Part shown: piece after piece, positions 20,028 through 29,632 of the stretch | Layout: each line of letters opens with the position of its first letter | Numbering within the stretch: position 1 is the stretch's first letter | Source of the DNA: a bacterium | GTDB taxonomy: Bacteria > UBA8248 | Direction of reading: 5' to 3' | DNA: 64,000 nucleotides | Assembly (NCBI GenBank): GCA_965200245.1 | Contig: CBDATS010000008.1 | Span: 64,001-128,000, forward strand | Translations under genes and position numbers: made by a program | Notes under the pieces: model-generated | The model's input: only the letters and a program-made list of their open reading frames with translations | What the model was told of the DNA's origin: nothing | The model's database searches: none

Positions 20028-20177
20028 AAGCGCAAAAAGGAAAGCCTTATTTTTGGGGGTAAATTCCGAAAGGATCCTTGAGCAAAACCTTCCAGACGAA
20101 GATAAGCGCCACCAAGATTACTACAACGGTCAAAAATGTTTTCATAAAGAACCGACTCTCCCAACAATGCGTAAAAC

Positions 20178-20254
20178 TGGTGGGTCGCCGGGGAATCGAA
20201 CCCCGAACCCACGGATTAAGAGTCCGTTGCTCTGCCTAGTTGAGCTAGCGACCC
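20178..20254 (-). tRNA. tRNA-Lys (CTT)
   Basis: GGGTCGCTAGCTCAACTAGGCAGAGCAACGGACTCTTAATCCGTGGGTTCGGGGTTCGATTCCCCGGCGACCCACCA: cloverleaf, CTT anticodon, encoded CCA. Confidence 0.97.
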
Positions 20255-20412
20255 GAAATTTGATTCACCACCGAGCGGCGAAGATCAAACCAGAAGTTAG
20301 CACAGCAAACTCACATAATAAAACCATCGCGGCCTACTCTATTCTTGAACGCCTTTCAGGAATCTTGGTTCCCGGATTTTCTATACCTGTCGGTGTCACT
20401 TACGGATGTTGC

Positions 20413-21735
20413 CTATTTTTCCGGAATCAGACCACGAGGGCTGAAGCGTAGAACCACCAGAAGAATCACTCCCATGACCATCAGCCGCATGTGGGCTGCG
20501 CTTTCCATCAGGTGCTGACGCAAAGGACTGTCCTGTCCGAGACCCGAAGTGAGCATATCCATGGTCCAAAGACCGATGGGTTCGGCTTCGACCCAGAAAA
20601 ACCAAATGACAAAACCGCCCAGAACCGCGCCCCAGTTGTTCCCCGAACCACCAACGATGACCATCACCCAGATGATAAAGGTGAAGCGCAGCGGCTGGTA
20701 GGTGGAGGGCGTGAACTGCCCGTCCAGGGTGGTGAGCATAGCACCCGCGACGCCGACCACTGCCGAACCCAGTACGAAGACTTGTAGATGACGTCCCGTG
20801 ACATCCTTGCCCATGGCGGAGGCGGCAAGTTCGTTATCTCTGATGGCGCGCATCATCCGACCCCACGGCGAATGGAGCGCACGCTCTGAAAGCCACAACA
20901 CGGCGAGGAGAACAATGGTGAACAGTCCCGCATAGCATAATTTGACGAAGATAGAAGATAGTTCCACGGGCGATGCGCCCAGCCAGGTGGCTAAATCCCG
21001 GAACCATACAGCCTGTTGAAGGTCGACCTCATACGGCACCGGGCGGGGAAGTCCGCTTACGTTCTTCACGCCTCGGGCCAACCAGTCTTCATTCTTCAGG
21101 ACGGCGATGATGATTTCAGAAATGCCCAACGTGGAGATCGCCAGATAATCCGTCCTTAATCCCAAGGCAATCTTTCCGATCACCCAGGCTACGGCAGCGG
21201 CGAACAAGCCGCCCGCAACCCAGGAGAGTAGGATGGGCAACCCCAAGCCACCCAGAAACCCGGCTTTAGTCGGGTCCACGGCCTCGATGGCCTCCACGGC
21301 GGGGAAATAGAACGCCCGTGCGAGAAAATAACCACAGATGATGATGCAGGCGAGGAGGAGTTTTCGCGGCAGTCCGGCAGGGGCGCGCCTGGCGGTGAAC
21401 ACGGCGGTTAGAATCGTCATGAGGGAGATTGCCAGAGCAACGACGACACCGGCGCCGCCCGCTCCCCAGGACGCTGGAACAGGAGCAACAGAGACGAGTA
21501 CGGCAGTCACACCGCCCAGAGCCGCGAATCCCATGATACCGATGTTGAAGAGTCCGGCATAACCCCATTGTATGTTGACGCCGAGTGCCATTACGGTAGA
21601 GATGAGGCAAAGGTTCAAGATCGCTAGCGCCAAGGACCAGCTCTGGATCACCCCCACCATGGCCAGAGCAACGAACATGGCGGCAAACATGTAAACAGTG
21701 CGCAGGTTCTCTCTCCTGTGGCTATACGGGTTCAT
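20413..21735 (-). CDS. livM: Branched-chain amino acid-type ABC transporter permease (LivM-like)
   Basis: QWGYAGLFNIG, LRTDYLAIS, SPWGRMMRAIRDNE, GGSGNNWG, PRGL. Confidence 0.88.
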   Translation of the reverse strand: MNPYSHRRENLRTVYMFAAMFVALAMVGVIQSWSLALAILNLCLISTVMALGVNIQWGYAGLFNIGIMGFAALGGVTAVLVSVAPVPASWGAGGAGVVVALAISLMTILTAVFTARRAPAGLPRKLLLACIIICGYFLARAFYFPAVEAIEAVDPTKAGFLGGLGLPILLSWVAGGLFAAAVAWVIGKIALGLRTDYLAISTLGISEIIIAVLKNEDWLARGVKNVSGLPRPVPYEVDLQQAVWFRDLATWLGASPVELSSIFVKLCYAGLFTIVLLAVLWLSERALHSPWGRMMRAIRDNELAASAMGKDVTGRHLQVFVLGSAVVGVAGAMLTTLDGQFTPSTYQPLRFTFIIWVMVIVGGSGNNWGAVLGGFVIWFFWVEAEPIGLWTMDMLTSGLGQDSPLRQHLMESAAHMRLMVMGVILLVVLRFSPRGLIPEK

Positions 21736-22745
21736 GAGGACTTCCGCCCGAAAACACCGGTGGGTCGGAGCAACAGAACCAGCACCAGTATGACGAAGGA
21801 CACCGCGAACTTGTAATCCGTTGACAGCAACTGAACCAACCCTTCCGGTGTCCAGTCTCCCGGCGTGAGATAAGCGACGAATTTCCTGTAGGCGTAGGTG
21901 AGCGCGACTTCGGAAAAGGCGATGATGAACCCGCCGGCGATCGCTCCCACCGGGTTACCCAGTCCGCCGACGATGGCAGCAGCGAAGATAGGCAGCAACA
22001 GATGAAAGTAGGTGAACGGCTTGAAACTCTTGTCCAACCCATACAGGACGCCTGCGATGGTAGCCAGTGACGCGGCGATAATCCAGGTGGTGCGCACGAC
22101 CCGTTCCGGATCGATCCCAGAGAGCAGAGCCAGATCCTCGTTATCCGAATAGGCGCGCATGGATTTGCCAGTGCGCGTGCGGTTCAGAAACCAGAACAGC
22201 GCCACTACGACGATGATGGCCGTCAGCATGGTCAGCCCCTGCGTGGTTTTGAAGGCGACGCCTTCATCAAGACCACTTATTCGCTTGAACATCGGCGCCG
22301 TAATGATGAAGCGCTCTCCGTCGACGAACCATCGATCACCCGGGCCGATGATGATGCGCACCAAGCTGTGGTAAACGAACATCACCCCGACGGAGACGAT
22401 CATCAATACCTCTGGCTTCGCTCTCACTCGGCGATAGAAGCGATATATCCAGTAATCGACCAGCAGGCAAAGAATGATCGTGCACAGGACGCCGAACGGC
22501 AGGGCCAATAGTGCGGTCGGCAACGGGGCGATGGAAACACCTCCGTATTGCAGCCCCAAGGTGAGCAGAATAGTCGCCATGGCCCCGAAAGCCATCGTGT
22601 CGCCTTGTGCGAAATCCGAAAAACGCAGGATTGCGTATATCAGGGTAACGGCCATGGCGCCGATCGCCAGTTGACATCCATACGCCGTGGCGGGGATGAC
22701 GACAAAATTCGAGAGCAGGATCAATGCGTTCAGGGTGCCTTCCAT
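21732..22745 (-). CDS. livH: Branched-chain amino acid-type ABC transporter permease (LivH-like)
   Basis: FAQGD, TRTGKSMRAYSDNEDLALLSGI, IVGGLG, RPTG. Confidence 0.88.
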   Translation of the reverse strand: MEGTLNALILLSNFVVIPATAYGCQLAIGAMAVTLIYAILRFSDFAQGDTMAFGAMATILLTLGLQYGGVSIAPLPTALLALPFGVLCTIILCLLVDYWIYRFYRRVRAKPEVLMIVSVGVMFVYHSLVRIIIGPGDRWFVDGERFIITAPMFKRISGLDEGVAFKTTQGLTMLTAIIVVVALFWFLNRTRTGKSMRAYSDNEDLALLSGIDPERVVRTTWIIAASLATIAGVLYGLDKSFKPFTYFHLLLPIFAAAIVGGLGNPVGAIAGGFIIAFSEVALTYAYRKFVAYLTPGDWTPEGLVQLLSTDYKFAVSFVILVLVLLLRPTGVFGRKSS

Positions 22746-22749
22746 CTCC

Positions 22750-23466
22750 TCAGCCGCCTAAAAACGCTCTGCGTACCTGCGGATCCGCCATCAAAGCTGC
22801 ACCAGTATCAGTATAACGGTTGCGACCCTGTACGAGGACATAGCCCCTGTCGGCAATGGCGAGGGCCTGAAGGGCGTTTTGCTCCACTATCAAAACTCCA
22901 ATTCCGCTTCCAGCGACCTCAATGATGCGCTCGAATAGTTCGTCCATCACGATGGGCGAAACGCCAGCGGTGGGTTCATCCAGCATCAACACCTTCGGAC
23001 GAGTCATGAGCGCGCGTCCCACCGCCACCTGCTGACGCTGACCGCCGGAAAGCTCACCGGCGAGTTGGCGGCGTTTTTCCTTGAGTACAGGGAATAGGTC
23101 GAAGACATGCCCTATCGTGTCTGTAATGTCGTCCTCGCGGGTGAAGGCCCCCATCTCGAGGTTTTCCTCCACCGTCATGGAGATGAAGACGTTACGGTTT
23201 TGCGGCACCAGGCTCATACCGCGCGCGACGCGTTCCTGAGGATTCAGCTTGGTGATGTCCTCGCCAGCGAGGTGGACTGATCCATCACGCATCTCCAGCA
23301 TGCCGAAAATGGCTCTCATAGCTGTGGATTTGCCTGATCCGTTGGGACCGACAATTACTGCAATTTCCCCTCGGCCAACGCTGATGGTGCATTCGTGAAT
23401 GATGTCCGGCCCGCCGTAGCCTCCGGTCATGTTCTTGCCGATCAGATAGGCGCCGGAATCATTCAT
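22750..23466 (-). CDS. livF: ABC ATP-binding protein (LivF-like)
   Basis: GPNGSGKST, LSGGQRQ, LDEP, VEQNA. Confidence 0.92.
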   Translation of the reverse strand: MNDSGAYLIGKNMTGGYGGPDIIHECTISVGRGEIAVIVGPNGSGKSTAMRAIFGMLEMRDGSVHLAGEDITKLNPQERVARGMSLVPQNRNVFISMTVEENLEMGAFTREDDITDTIGHVFDLFPVLKEKRRQLAGELSGGQRQQVAVGRALMTRPKVLMLDEPTAGVSPIVMDELFERIIEVAGSGIGVLIVEQNALQALAIADRGYVLVQGRNRYTDTGAALMADPQVRRAFLGG

Positions 23467-24233
23467 CGGAGCGGTTTGGTTTTCTTGCCCAGATAGGCTT
23501 CGATGACACGCTCGTCCGTTTTCACTTCCTCGGGGCCACCCTGCGCGAGTACCACGCCTTCTGCCATGACAACCACGGGATCACAAAGGCGCGAGATGAA
23601 ATCCATGTCGTGCTCGATCATGCAAAACGTATAACCGTGATCACGTTGCAAACGCAGGATCGCATCGCCCAGCGTCTTGAGCAGGGTGCGGTTAACGCCA
23701 GCGCCCACTTCATCAAGCAGAACGACCTTGGCGTCTGCCATCATGGTGCGTCCGAGTTCGAGGAGTTTTTTCTGACCGCCGGAGAGGTTCCCGGCCAGTT
23801 CGTCGGTGACTTGGGTGAGTTCGAGAAACTCGATGACTTCATCTGCCTTGACGCGAACGCACTCTTCTTCCAAGCGCACCAGATTGGGCCGTAGCCAAGC
23901 ATCGAGAAGGTTCTCTCCCGACTGGCCCGAAGGCACCATCATGAGGTTTTCGCGTACTGTCAGGGTGGAAAATTCTTGAGCGATCTGGAATGTGCGTAAC
24001 ATTCCCATGGCGCACAATTCATGTGGTTTTCGGCCGGTGATGTCTTCCCCGGCCAAATAGATGCTGCCAGACGTCGGTTGGTGAACCCCGGCGATGACGT
24101 CGAACAACGTAGTTTTGCCCGCGCCGTTAGGGCCGATGAGGCCGGTAATGCGGCCGCCGTCGATGGAGAGGGAAACTCCATCGACGGCTCGAATGCCGCC
24201 AAAGTGCATGTGCAGATCGACGACCGAGATCAT
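23463..24233 (-). CDS. livG: ABC ATP-binding protein (LivG-like)
   Basis: GPNGAGKTT, LSGGQKK, LLDE, IEHDM, VIEAYLG. Confidence 0.92.
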   Translation of the reverse strand: MISVVDLHMHFGGIRAVDGVSLSIDGGRITGLIGPNGAGKTTLFDVIAGVHQPTSGSIYLAGEDITGRKPHELCAMGMLRTFQIAQEFSTLTVRENLMMVPSGQSGENLLDAWLRPNLVRLEEECVRVKADEVIEFLELTQVTDELAGNLSGGQKKLLELGRTMMADAKVVLLDEVGAGVNRTLLKTLGDAILRLQRDHGYTFCMIEHDMDFISRLCDPVVVMAEGVVLAQGGPEEVKTDERVIEAYLGKKTKPLR

Positions 24234-24256
24234 AGGATCCGCAAGGAACGTCCGGG

Positions 24257-25441
24257 CTAGCGGTACCGCACGGTGGTAATCTTTCCGTTCTTCACCAGGA
24301 TTTCGCGGTAGCTTCCAGCACTCTCGCCGGGGCCTATGAATTCGACCGCCGAGGCTCCCACATAATCGACATCGCCGCCTTTGGCGAGAATCTTGAGCGC
24401 CTTGGCCAATTCTCCAGGGTAAATCTTCTCACCCGGGGCATTGGCAACCATCATTACTTTGTCCTTGAGCTTCATGCTCTTGCTGGAGCCTGCGGCCTGC
24501 ATGGCCAGCAGGATCAGGGCGGCGGCGTCATAGGACTCGGGCACATAGGGAGTGCCCGCCTTAAAACCTGCCTTCTTGGTCAATGCGCTGAGTTTCGCCT
24601 TGCCTGGACTGTCTGTTCCGGGAACGGTGCCGTATGAACCGTCGAGTGCCTTGCCGATCGCCTTCGGTAGGCTCTCACCAACCATGCCGTCTGGCAGCAC
24701 AAAGGTTTTGAACGCACCGGTATCGACCGCAGCCCGAATAATGCCCTTGCCACCTTGGTCCAAGTAGCCTGCGACAATCAGAACATCGCCGCCCGCCGCC
24801 GACAGAGCGCCGACTTCCGCCGTGTAATCCGCCTTGCCGTCTTCGTGCGCCGCTGAAATCGTAATTTTGCCGCCCGCTTTCTCGAAGTTGGTCTTGATGC
24901 TATTGGCCAAGCCCTTACCGTAGTCGTTGTTGGTGTAGGTCAGGGCTGCAGATTTGACGCCTCTTTCCTTCAAAACGGCGCTGATAACCTGCCCCTGCCG
25001 AGCGTCGGAGGGAGCAGTGCGGAAAAACAGACCGTTGTCCTTGATGGTAGAAAGGGCCGGTGAAGTCGCCGAGGGGGATATCATCACGATTCCGTTGGGT
25101 TTCGCCACGCTTTCCAGTATGGCGATAGTTACGCCCGAACAATCCCCGCCGACGATGGCGTTCACTTTATCGGAGGTGACCAGACGTTCTGCAGCCGCTC
25201 TGGCTGCAGCGGAATCGGTGCATGTGGTATCACCGCGGACTGAAACCAACTTTGCACCGCCAAGCAAAGCGCCGCTATCGTTCACTTCTTTCATCGCCAA
25301 TTCGGCTCCCTTGGCCATGGCTGGTGTCAGGGATTCGATGGGCCCCGTGTAACCGAAAAGGAGGCCCAGTTTGATGGTTTGCGCACTGGCTGCCACACTT
25401 GTGAATAAAACCAACGTCATCGCAAGCAACATTTTTTTCAT
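24257..25441 (-). CDS. ABC substrate-binding protein (Liv/PBP1 type)
   Basis: Signal peptide MKKMLLAM, SPSATSP, FFRTAPSDARQG, NNDYGKG, ESYDAA. Confidence 0.9.
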   Translation of the reverse strand: MKKMLLAMTLVLFTSVAASAQTIKLGLLFGYTGPIESLTPAMAKGAELAMKEVNDSGALLGGAKLVSVRGDTTCTDSAAARAAAERLVTSDKVNAIVGGDCSGVTIAILESVAKPNGIVMISPSATSPALSTIKDNGLFFRTAPSDARQGQVISAVLKERGVKSAALTYTNNDYGKGLANSIKTNFEKAGGKITISAAHEDGKADYTAEVGALSAAGGDVLIVAGYLDQGGKGIIRAAVDTGAFKTFVLPDGMVGESLPKAIGKALDGSYGTVPGTDSPGKAKLSALTKKAGFKAGTPYVPESYDAAALILLAMQAAGSSKSMKLKDKVMMVANAPGEKIYPGELAKALKILAKGGDVDYVGASAVEFIGPGESAGSYREILVKNGKITTVRYR

Positions 25442-25855
25442 CTTTCCCCCCCCTCCCATGGGCCAATATTGAAAAAAGTGTAATCGTGTGTAATGGGCTT
25501 TCATCGTCAATGAAACGGATTGTACATGATCCGGGATGAATAGTCGAAATAAATCGTTGACAGGAGCAGTTATAGAGGTTCAGCCGCCGAAATGGTCGGA
25601 GAGTAAATCTGGAGCCTGATGAGAGGCCTGCATCCAGTGTATTGGGCAATATTTTATTGTTTACTATGACACACTTGGCAGGGCTCGAAATTCAACAGTC
25701 TCGTCAAAAGGTGTTGGGAACAGTGTCAATGCATCGAGAAAAAACACTGCCAGTAATAATCCGCGATGGGTTGGCTCCACTGGGTTCCGGTCGTGATCAA
25801 ATGAGTTGTGCTATTGGATGGAATGGTGAACTCTCATCTGTTTTGTTGCTTTAAT

Positions 25856-26491
25856 CCCGTAGCGTGGGATCTGGCGTTGGTCGTCAAATATTACTTTCGG
25901 GTATCTGATGATTTTCTCCTCTCAAAGCTTTCTGGATGGTAAGGGGTAGCATGTAGCACGCGGCAAGACGCCGCAAGGGAGGGTATCCTGCGTGTTAGCG
26001 GCGTCTTCGCCTTACAATGGTGGCATCAAGTATGCTGGGGGAGACCCCTGAACTGGTTATTCATCAATCAAATAGCCCATTTGGTTGATTTTTGCCTTGC
26101 ATGGCCCGCTGATGATGTGGTATATTCGCTATTTGTTCACTTTAGGCGTCCCATAGGCTTGTCAACCAAACCGAAGCAACTCTATACGATATTGATGGCT
26201 ATGTGGTGTCCTGTGAGGAGCAAGTGGACTCAGATCTGCGCGGTTAACCGGTATCTCTCAAAAACGCGAGATTTTATCTGAACGCCCCGCGTAGCCGATT
26301 TCGCGACTTCCTCCAAAATCTGTCCCGTGAGGGAATAGTATGTTGATTATTCTGTGAATTTTAACCAACAACGCCCCGATATGACGTATGGGTGCCTTAA
26401 GTTCCCTACAGTTTAACATTCGCGCAACGGCCAGATGATTGAAGCATGAGTTGTAATATTTAATGACCAACGCCAGGCTCCACGCTACGGG
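25856..26491. mobile_element. 636-bp element bounded by 39-bp imperfect terminal inverted repeats (MITE / degenerate IS)
   Basis: Left 25856-25894 CCCGTAGCGTGGGATCTGGCGTTGGTCGTCAAATATTAC matches the reverse complement of 26453-26491 (CCCGTAGCGTGGAGCCTGGCGTTGGTCATTAAATATTAC) at 34/39. No transposase ORF inside. Confidence 0.7.
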
Positions 26492-26565
26492 GGCGAGGCC
26501 AACAAGAACAGGTAACATGTATATGGTGGGATAATTCATAAACATCCCAAAAGGAATGGAAACTC

Positions 26566-27687
26566 ATGAACACCGAATGTCTTATGCAATGGAACCTTTT
26601 GAAAAAGGAAACAACTTCCGTCTCGGATTTCGATCTCAAAAAACTAGAACAAAAGATCGAGGTTTACCTGCAGGAAAACCAGGGAACAGGTGAAGATGTG
26701 GTACGCATTGTACTCAGAGGTATCCGCGAAGCCATTAAGCACAGGGAAGATGAGGACAAGAGAGTACGGGACAGTGCCCGGAAGCTTCTGGCAAGTTGTT
26801 ACCACACTTTGGATAAAGCCCGTGAGAATGCCGACCATCTCGATAAAACATTGGCAGAGGCTGAGGAAAGAGAACTCGAGTCTCGCAAAATACCCGAGAT
26901 CATCTCTCTCGATAATGACTTTCAACTGGAAGAAGTTCTCACAATTAGAAAACTCACTTCCGTAGGAAAAGCCCTCGATATTTGTGTTAGCAAGCGTGAT
27001 ACGGCCCTAGGCTATTTGGGGGAAGTTGAGGCTGGGAAAACAAAACTGTGGGTACTCCTGAAGCAGGAGAAACCATACGCACTTCTGCAAATCGATATGG
27101 AAGACAACGAAGTTCAGCAATTTTCCGCCAGCGAAAACGATGATCCCGTCATCTCATTCGAACTCGCCGTTGAACTTCTCAATAAACTCGATATTACTGC
27201 TGACGATACCGCCTCATTCGTGCATGTCGGTGCATTCAGCAAGTTCAAAGATGGACGGAGACCAGACGTTATGCCAGTTTTTGTCAATGGTCAGGAAATG
27301 TGGATATGGCTATATGAAGAGGAACTTATCATCGCAGTTGATGAATATCATGATGGAAACCTCTCCTGGTCTCGTTTCGAGTTGACCAGAGAAGAAGGAA
27401 GATATTCAAGGAGAACAAGGCCAGGGAGAACAAGGCCATGGCGCAAATGCCCAAAAGCCCGGATAGAATGGGAAAGCAACGAACACAACCACATGAGCTT
27501 GGGGATGCTGTTTGAGGTGGTGCGGCAAAATCCCCACATCCTGGAAAGGTTTCGGGCACCTCCTATTATTATGAAGAAGCACTGTTATTCGGACCGTCCG
27601 GTCATCGGCATTTTCAAGCAGGCGGAGGCCTGCACGTCGGTTCCCGGGTTATGTCGTGAGCATGGCATGAGCAGCGCCACTTTCTAG
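26566..27687 (+). CDS. Hypothetical protein, PcfJ-like central domain; C-terminus runs into an IS3 remnant
   Basis: Acidic helical N-terminus, then LDICVS..GY..LWVL..YALLQID..VQQFSASEND. Lower GC than its neighbours. Confidence 0.55.
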   Translation: MNTECLMQWNLLKKETTSVSDFDLKKLEQKIEVYLQENQGTGEDVVRIVLRGIREAIKHREDEDKRVRDSARKLLASCYHTLDKARENADHLDKTLAEAEERELESRKIPEIISLDNDFQLEEVLTIRKLTSVGKALDICVSKRDTALGYLGEVEAGKTKLWVLLKQEKPYALLQIDMEDNEVQQFSASENDDPVISFELAVELLNKLDITADDTASFVHVGAFSKFKDGRRPDVMPVFVNGQEMWIWLYEEELIIAVDEYHDGNLSWSRFELTREEGRYSRRTRPGRTRPWRKCPKARIEWESNEHNHMSLGMLFEVVRQNPHILERFRAPPIIMKKHCYSDRPVIGIFKQAEACTSVPGLCREHGMSSATF

Positions 27688-27735
27688 AAGTGGCGCTTGA
27701 AGTATGGCGGCATGGATGTCTCCATGATGGCCTGC
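27571..27735 (+). pseudogene. IS3-family (IS407-like) transposase orfA remnant
   Basis: MKKHCYSDRPVIGIFKQAEACTSVPGLCREHGMSSATF*KWRLKYGGMDVSMMA matches orfA HTH consensus (LCREHGISxATFYKWRxKYGGMD). The Tyr codon has become a stop. Confidence 0.85.
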
Positions 27736-27749
27736 CTGATAGCCCCTCC

Positions 27750-28388
27750 TGGTCTGGTACCGGTGAAATCGAACTGCCGGGAAAGCAACCAGGTGCCATA
27801 GAAATCCTTCATTCTCCTGTTCAATATGCTTGGCTTGATCATGGCTTCAAGTTTTTCGATATGAAACTCTCACAGCTATAGCAAAGTAGTTTTGGTACCG
27901 GGAAATCCAGGATGACTGGAAGTTTCGACTTCTCAGGGTCTGGGCACACGATTTCACCAAATCCGGTGTCAATCTGCATATGGACTCTCGCAGAACCGAA
28001 TGTGCCAGAGAACCGAATATTTTGCTGATGAAATCCGTACCCCGATAACTATATCGGTCCGGCTGGAATTCAGGTCGAAGGCAAGTCCGTCTGGCTCCAC
28101 ATCGACAAGCAGGATATATCGGACCCTGCGCGACAATATCGGCCTCCCCGTTGTGGGCCCTTCCGATCAGGTCGATGTCCTTAGTTGGAAAACTCCACTG
28201 ACCTCCATACTCTCATCATCAACGTGCCTTTGAGAGGGAACCGGTCGGCATAGTCGGATTGGGGCAACCTGTAAAGTAACCGAATCCATAGAGAAGTACT
28301 GGAGCAATTCACTGAAAGATTGGTCGCTTCTCGCACGGATGTAGAGACGTTGTCGCACGGAAGCAGGGACATTTCCGGGGTGGCTCAT
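27750..28388 (-). pseudogene. AbiEii-type nucleotidyltransferase toxin pseudogene
   Basis: Fragments ASVRQRL..FSELLQYF, RLLYRL.QSDYADRFPLKGTLMM, MQIDTGFG..P..LDFPVPKLLCY and RMKDFYGTWLLSRQFDF across several frameshifts and stops. Confidence 0.85.
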
Positions 28389-28480
28389 GGGATCGCTGCC
28401 AAGCAGGACCGTATCATATTTTCAACTCTTCGATTTGCGGGTAGATGCAATCTTCGAGCAAGCTGTCCAGTCATTGGCTT
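28385..28480 (-). pseudogene. AbiEi antitoxin C-terminal remnant
   Basis: RVENMIRSCLAAIP* overlaps the toxin start (ATGA) and resembles the AbiEi tail RVxxxMRPYLEAL. Confidence 0.5.
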
Positions 28481-28575
28481 AGGCCGGTGAATGTTAAGTC
28501 CTAAGAAGTCGAGATTATCGGTTTTGGCACTTTTGGATATAATCCCGTTAGAAAACACCGACAGGAGATGACGCT

Positions 28576-29565
28576 TTGGCGAAGAAAGACATATCCCGAA
28601 AAGACCACCTCATCGACTCGCACGATGAAGGCATCAAGCTGCACCTGAGAGAGAAAAAACCGCGTGGAATGAAGAAGAGCGAAGCGGCCAACACGGTCCT
28701 TATGGTGCACGGGCAAAGTACGCCCGCGCCTGTCGCCTTCGACCTTCCCTTGCCTGGTTACTCGTGGATGGACTTCGCCGCCGCGTGCGGTTTTCACGTA
28801 TACGCCCTCTGTATCCGGGGCTACGGGCCTTCCACGCGTCCGCCCGAGATGCTCCGAAACCCAGCTGGCCAGCCCCCTGCCGTTCGGGGAATCACCGCGG
28901 TGCGCGACATCGACGCCGCAATGCGGTTCATCTGTGAGCAAAACGCCATAGGGAAGCTGAACCTCCTCGGCTGGTCGTGGGGCACGACGACGACAGCCGC
29001 CTTCACCGCCGGGAAGCAAGCCCGGGTGCGACGGCTCGCTCTATATGCTCCTTTTTACGCTTACGACAATCCCCAGGCTGCGGCGCGTTGGGAAGACCCC
29101 GCACGGCCCGGACGCTGGGACCCCCGCAAGGGAGCATGGCGATGGGTAACGGAAAGCTATCAGCGCGAGCGATGGGGCGGGAGCATTCCAAAAGGCTGGC
29201 ACGCGAAATGGAGAACCGAAAAGGCGGTAAAACTCTTCTGGAGCGAACAGCTAAAATTCGACCCCGAGGGTGCCAGGCGAAAAACCCCTGCTGTCCGGGT
29301 GCCCAACGGTGCGATGGCGGACAGCTACGACCGCGCACGCAACAAGCCACTCTACGATGCGAGTAAAATCACCTGTCCGGTCCTGACAATCCGGGGAGAT
29401 CACGACAGAAGCTCGACCGACCCCATATTCGCCGCCGTGTACCGTGCGCTCGTGAACAGCCGAGGGAAGCGCTCCATCACGCTGGGAGACGCCACGCACT
29501 TCGCTCAGTACGAATGGCGCCGTGAGGTTCTCTACAAAGAGGTGCAGAATTTTCTGGAAGGCTGA
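28576..29565 (+). CDS. Alpha/beta hydrolase
   Basis: VLMVHG, RGYGPS, GWSWG nucleophile elbow, IRGDHD, ATHF. Confidence 0.9.
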   Translation: MAKKDISRKDHLIDSHDEGIKLHLREKKPRGMKKSEAANTVLMVHGQSTPAPVAFDLPLPGYSWMDFAAACGFHVYALCIRGYGPSTRPPEMLRNPAGQPPAVRGITAVRDIDAAMRFICEQNAIGKLNLLGWSWGTTTTAAFTAGKQARVRRLALYAPFYAYDNPQAAARWEDPARPGRWDPRKGAWRWVTESYQRERWGGSIPKGWHAKWRTEKAVKLFWSEQLKFDPEGARRKTPAVRVPNGAMADSYDRARNKPLYDASKITCPVLTIRGDHDRSSTDPIFAAVYRALVNSRGKRSITLGDATHFAQYEWRREVLYKEVQNFLEG

Positions 29566-29585
29566 AATGAAAGAACCGACGACAT

Positions 29586-29615
29586 GAAAGACCCGGGACG
29601 AATTCCCGGGCTTTC
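29586..29615. terminator. Bidirectional hairpin terminator
   Basis: GAAAG(A)CCCGGGA...TCCCGGGCTTTC between convergent genes. Confidence 0.7.
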
Positions 29616-29632
29616 TGAATCGGAAGTATGAT

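Noticed and set aside
20178-20254. tRNA-Lys as the attachment site of an intact island
   Set aside because: No integrase and no duplicated tRNA 3' end was seen in the window.
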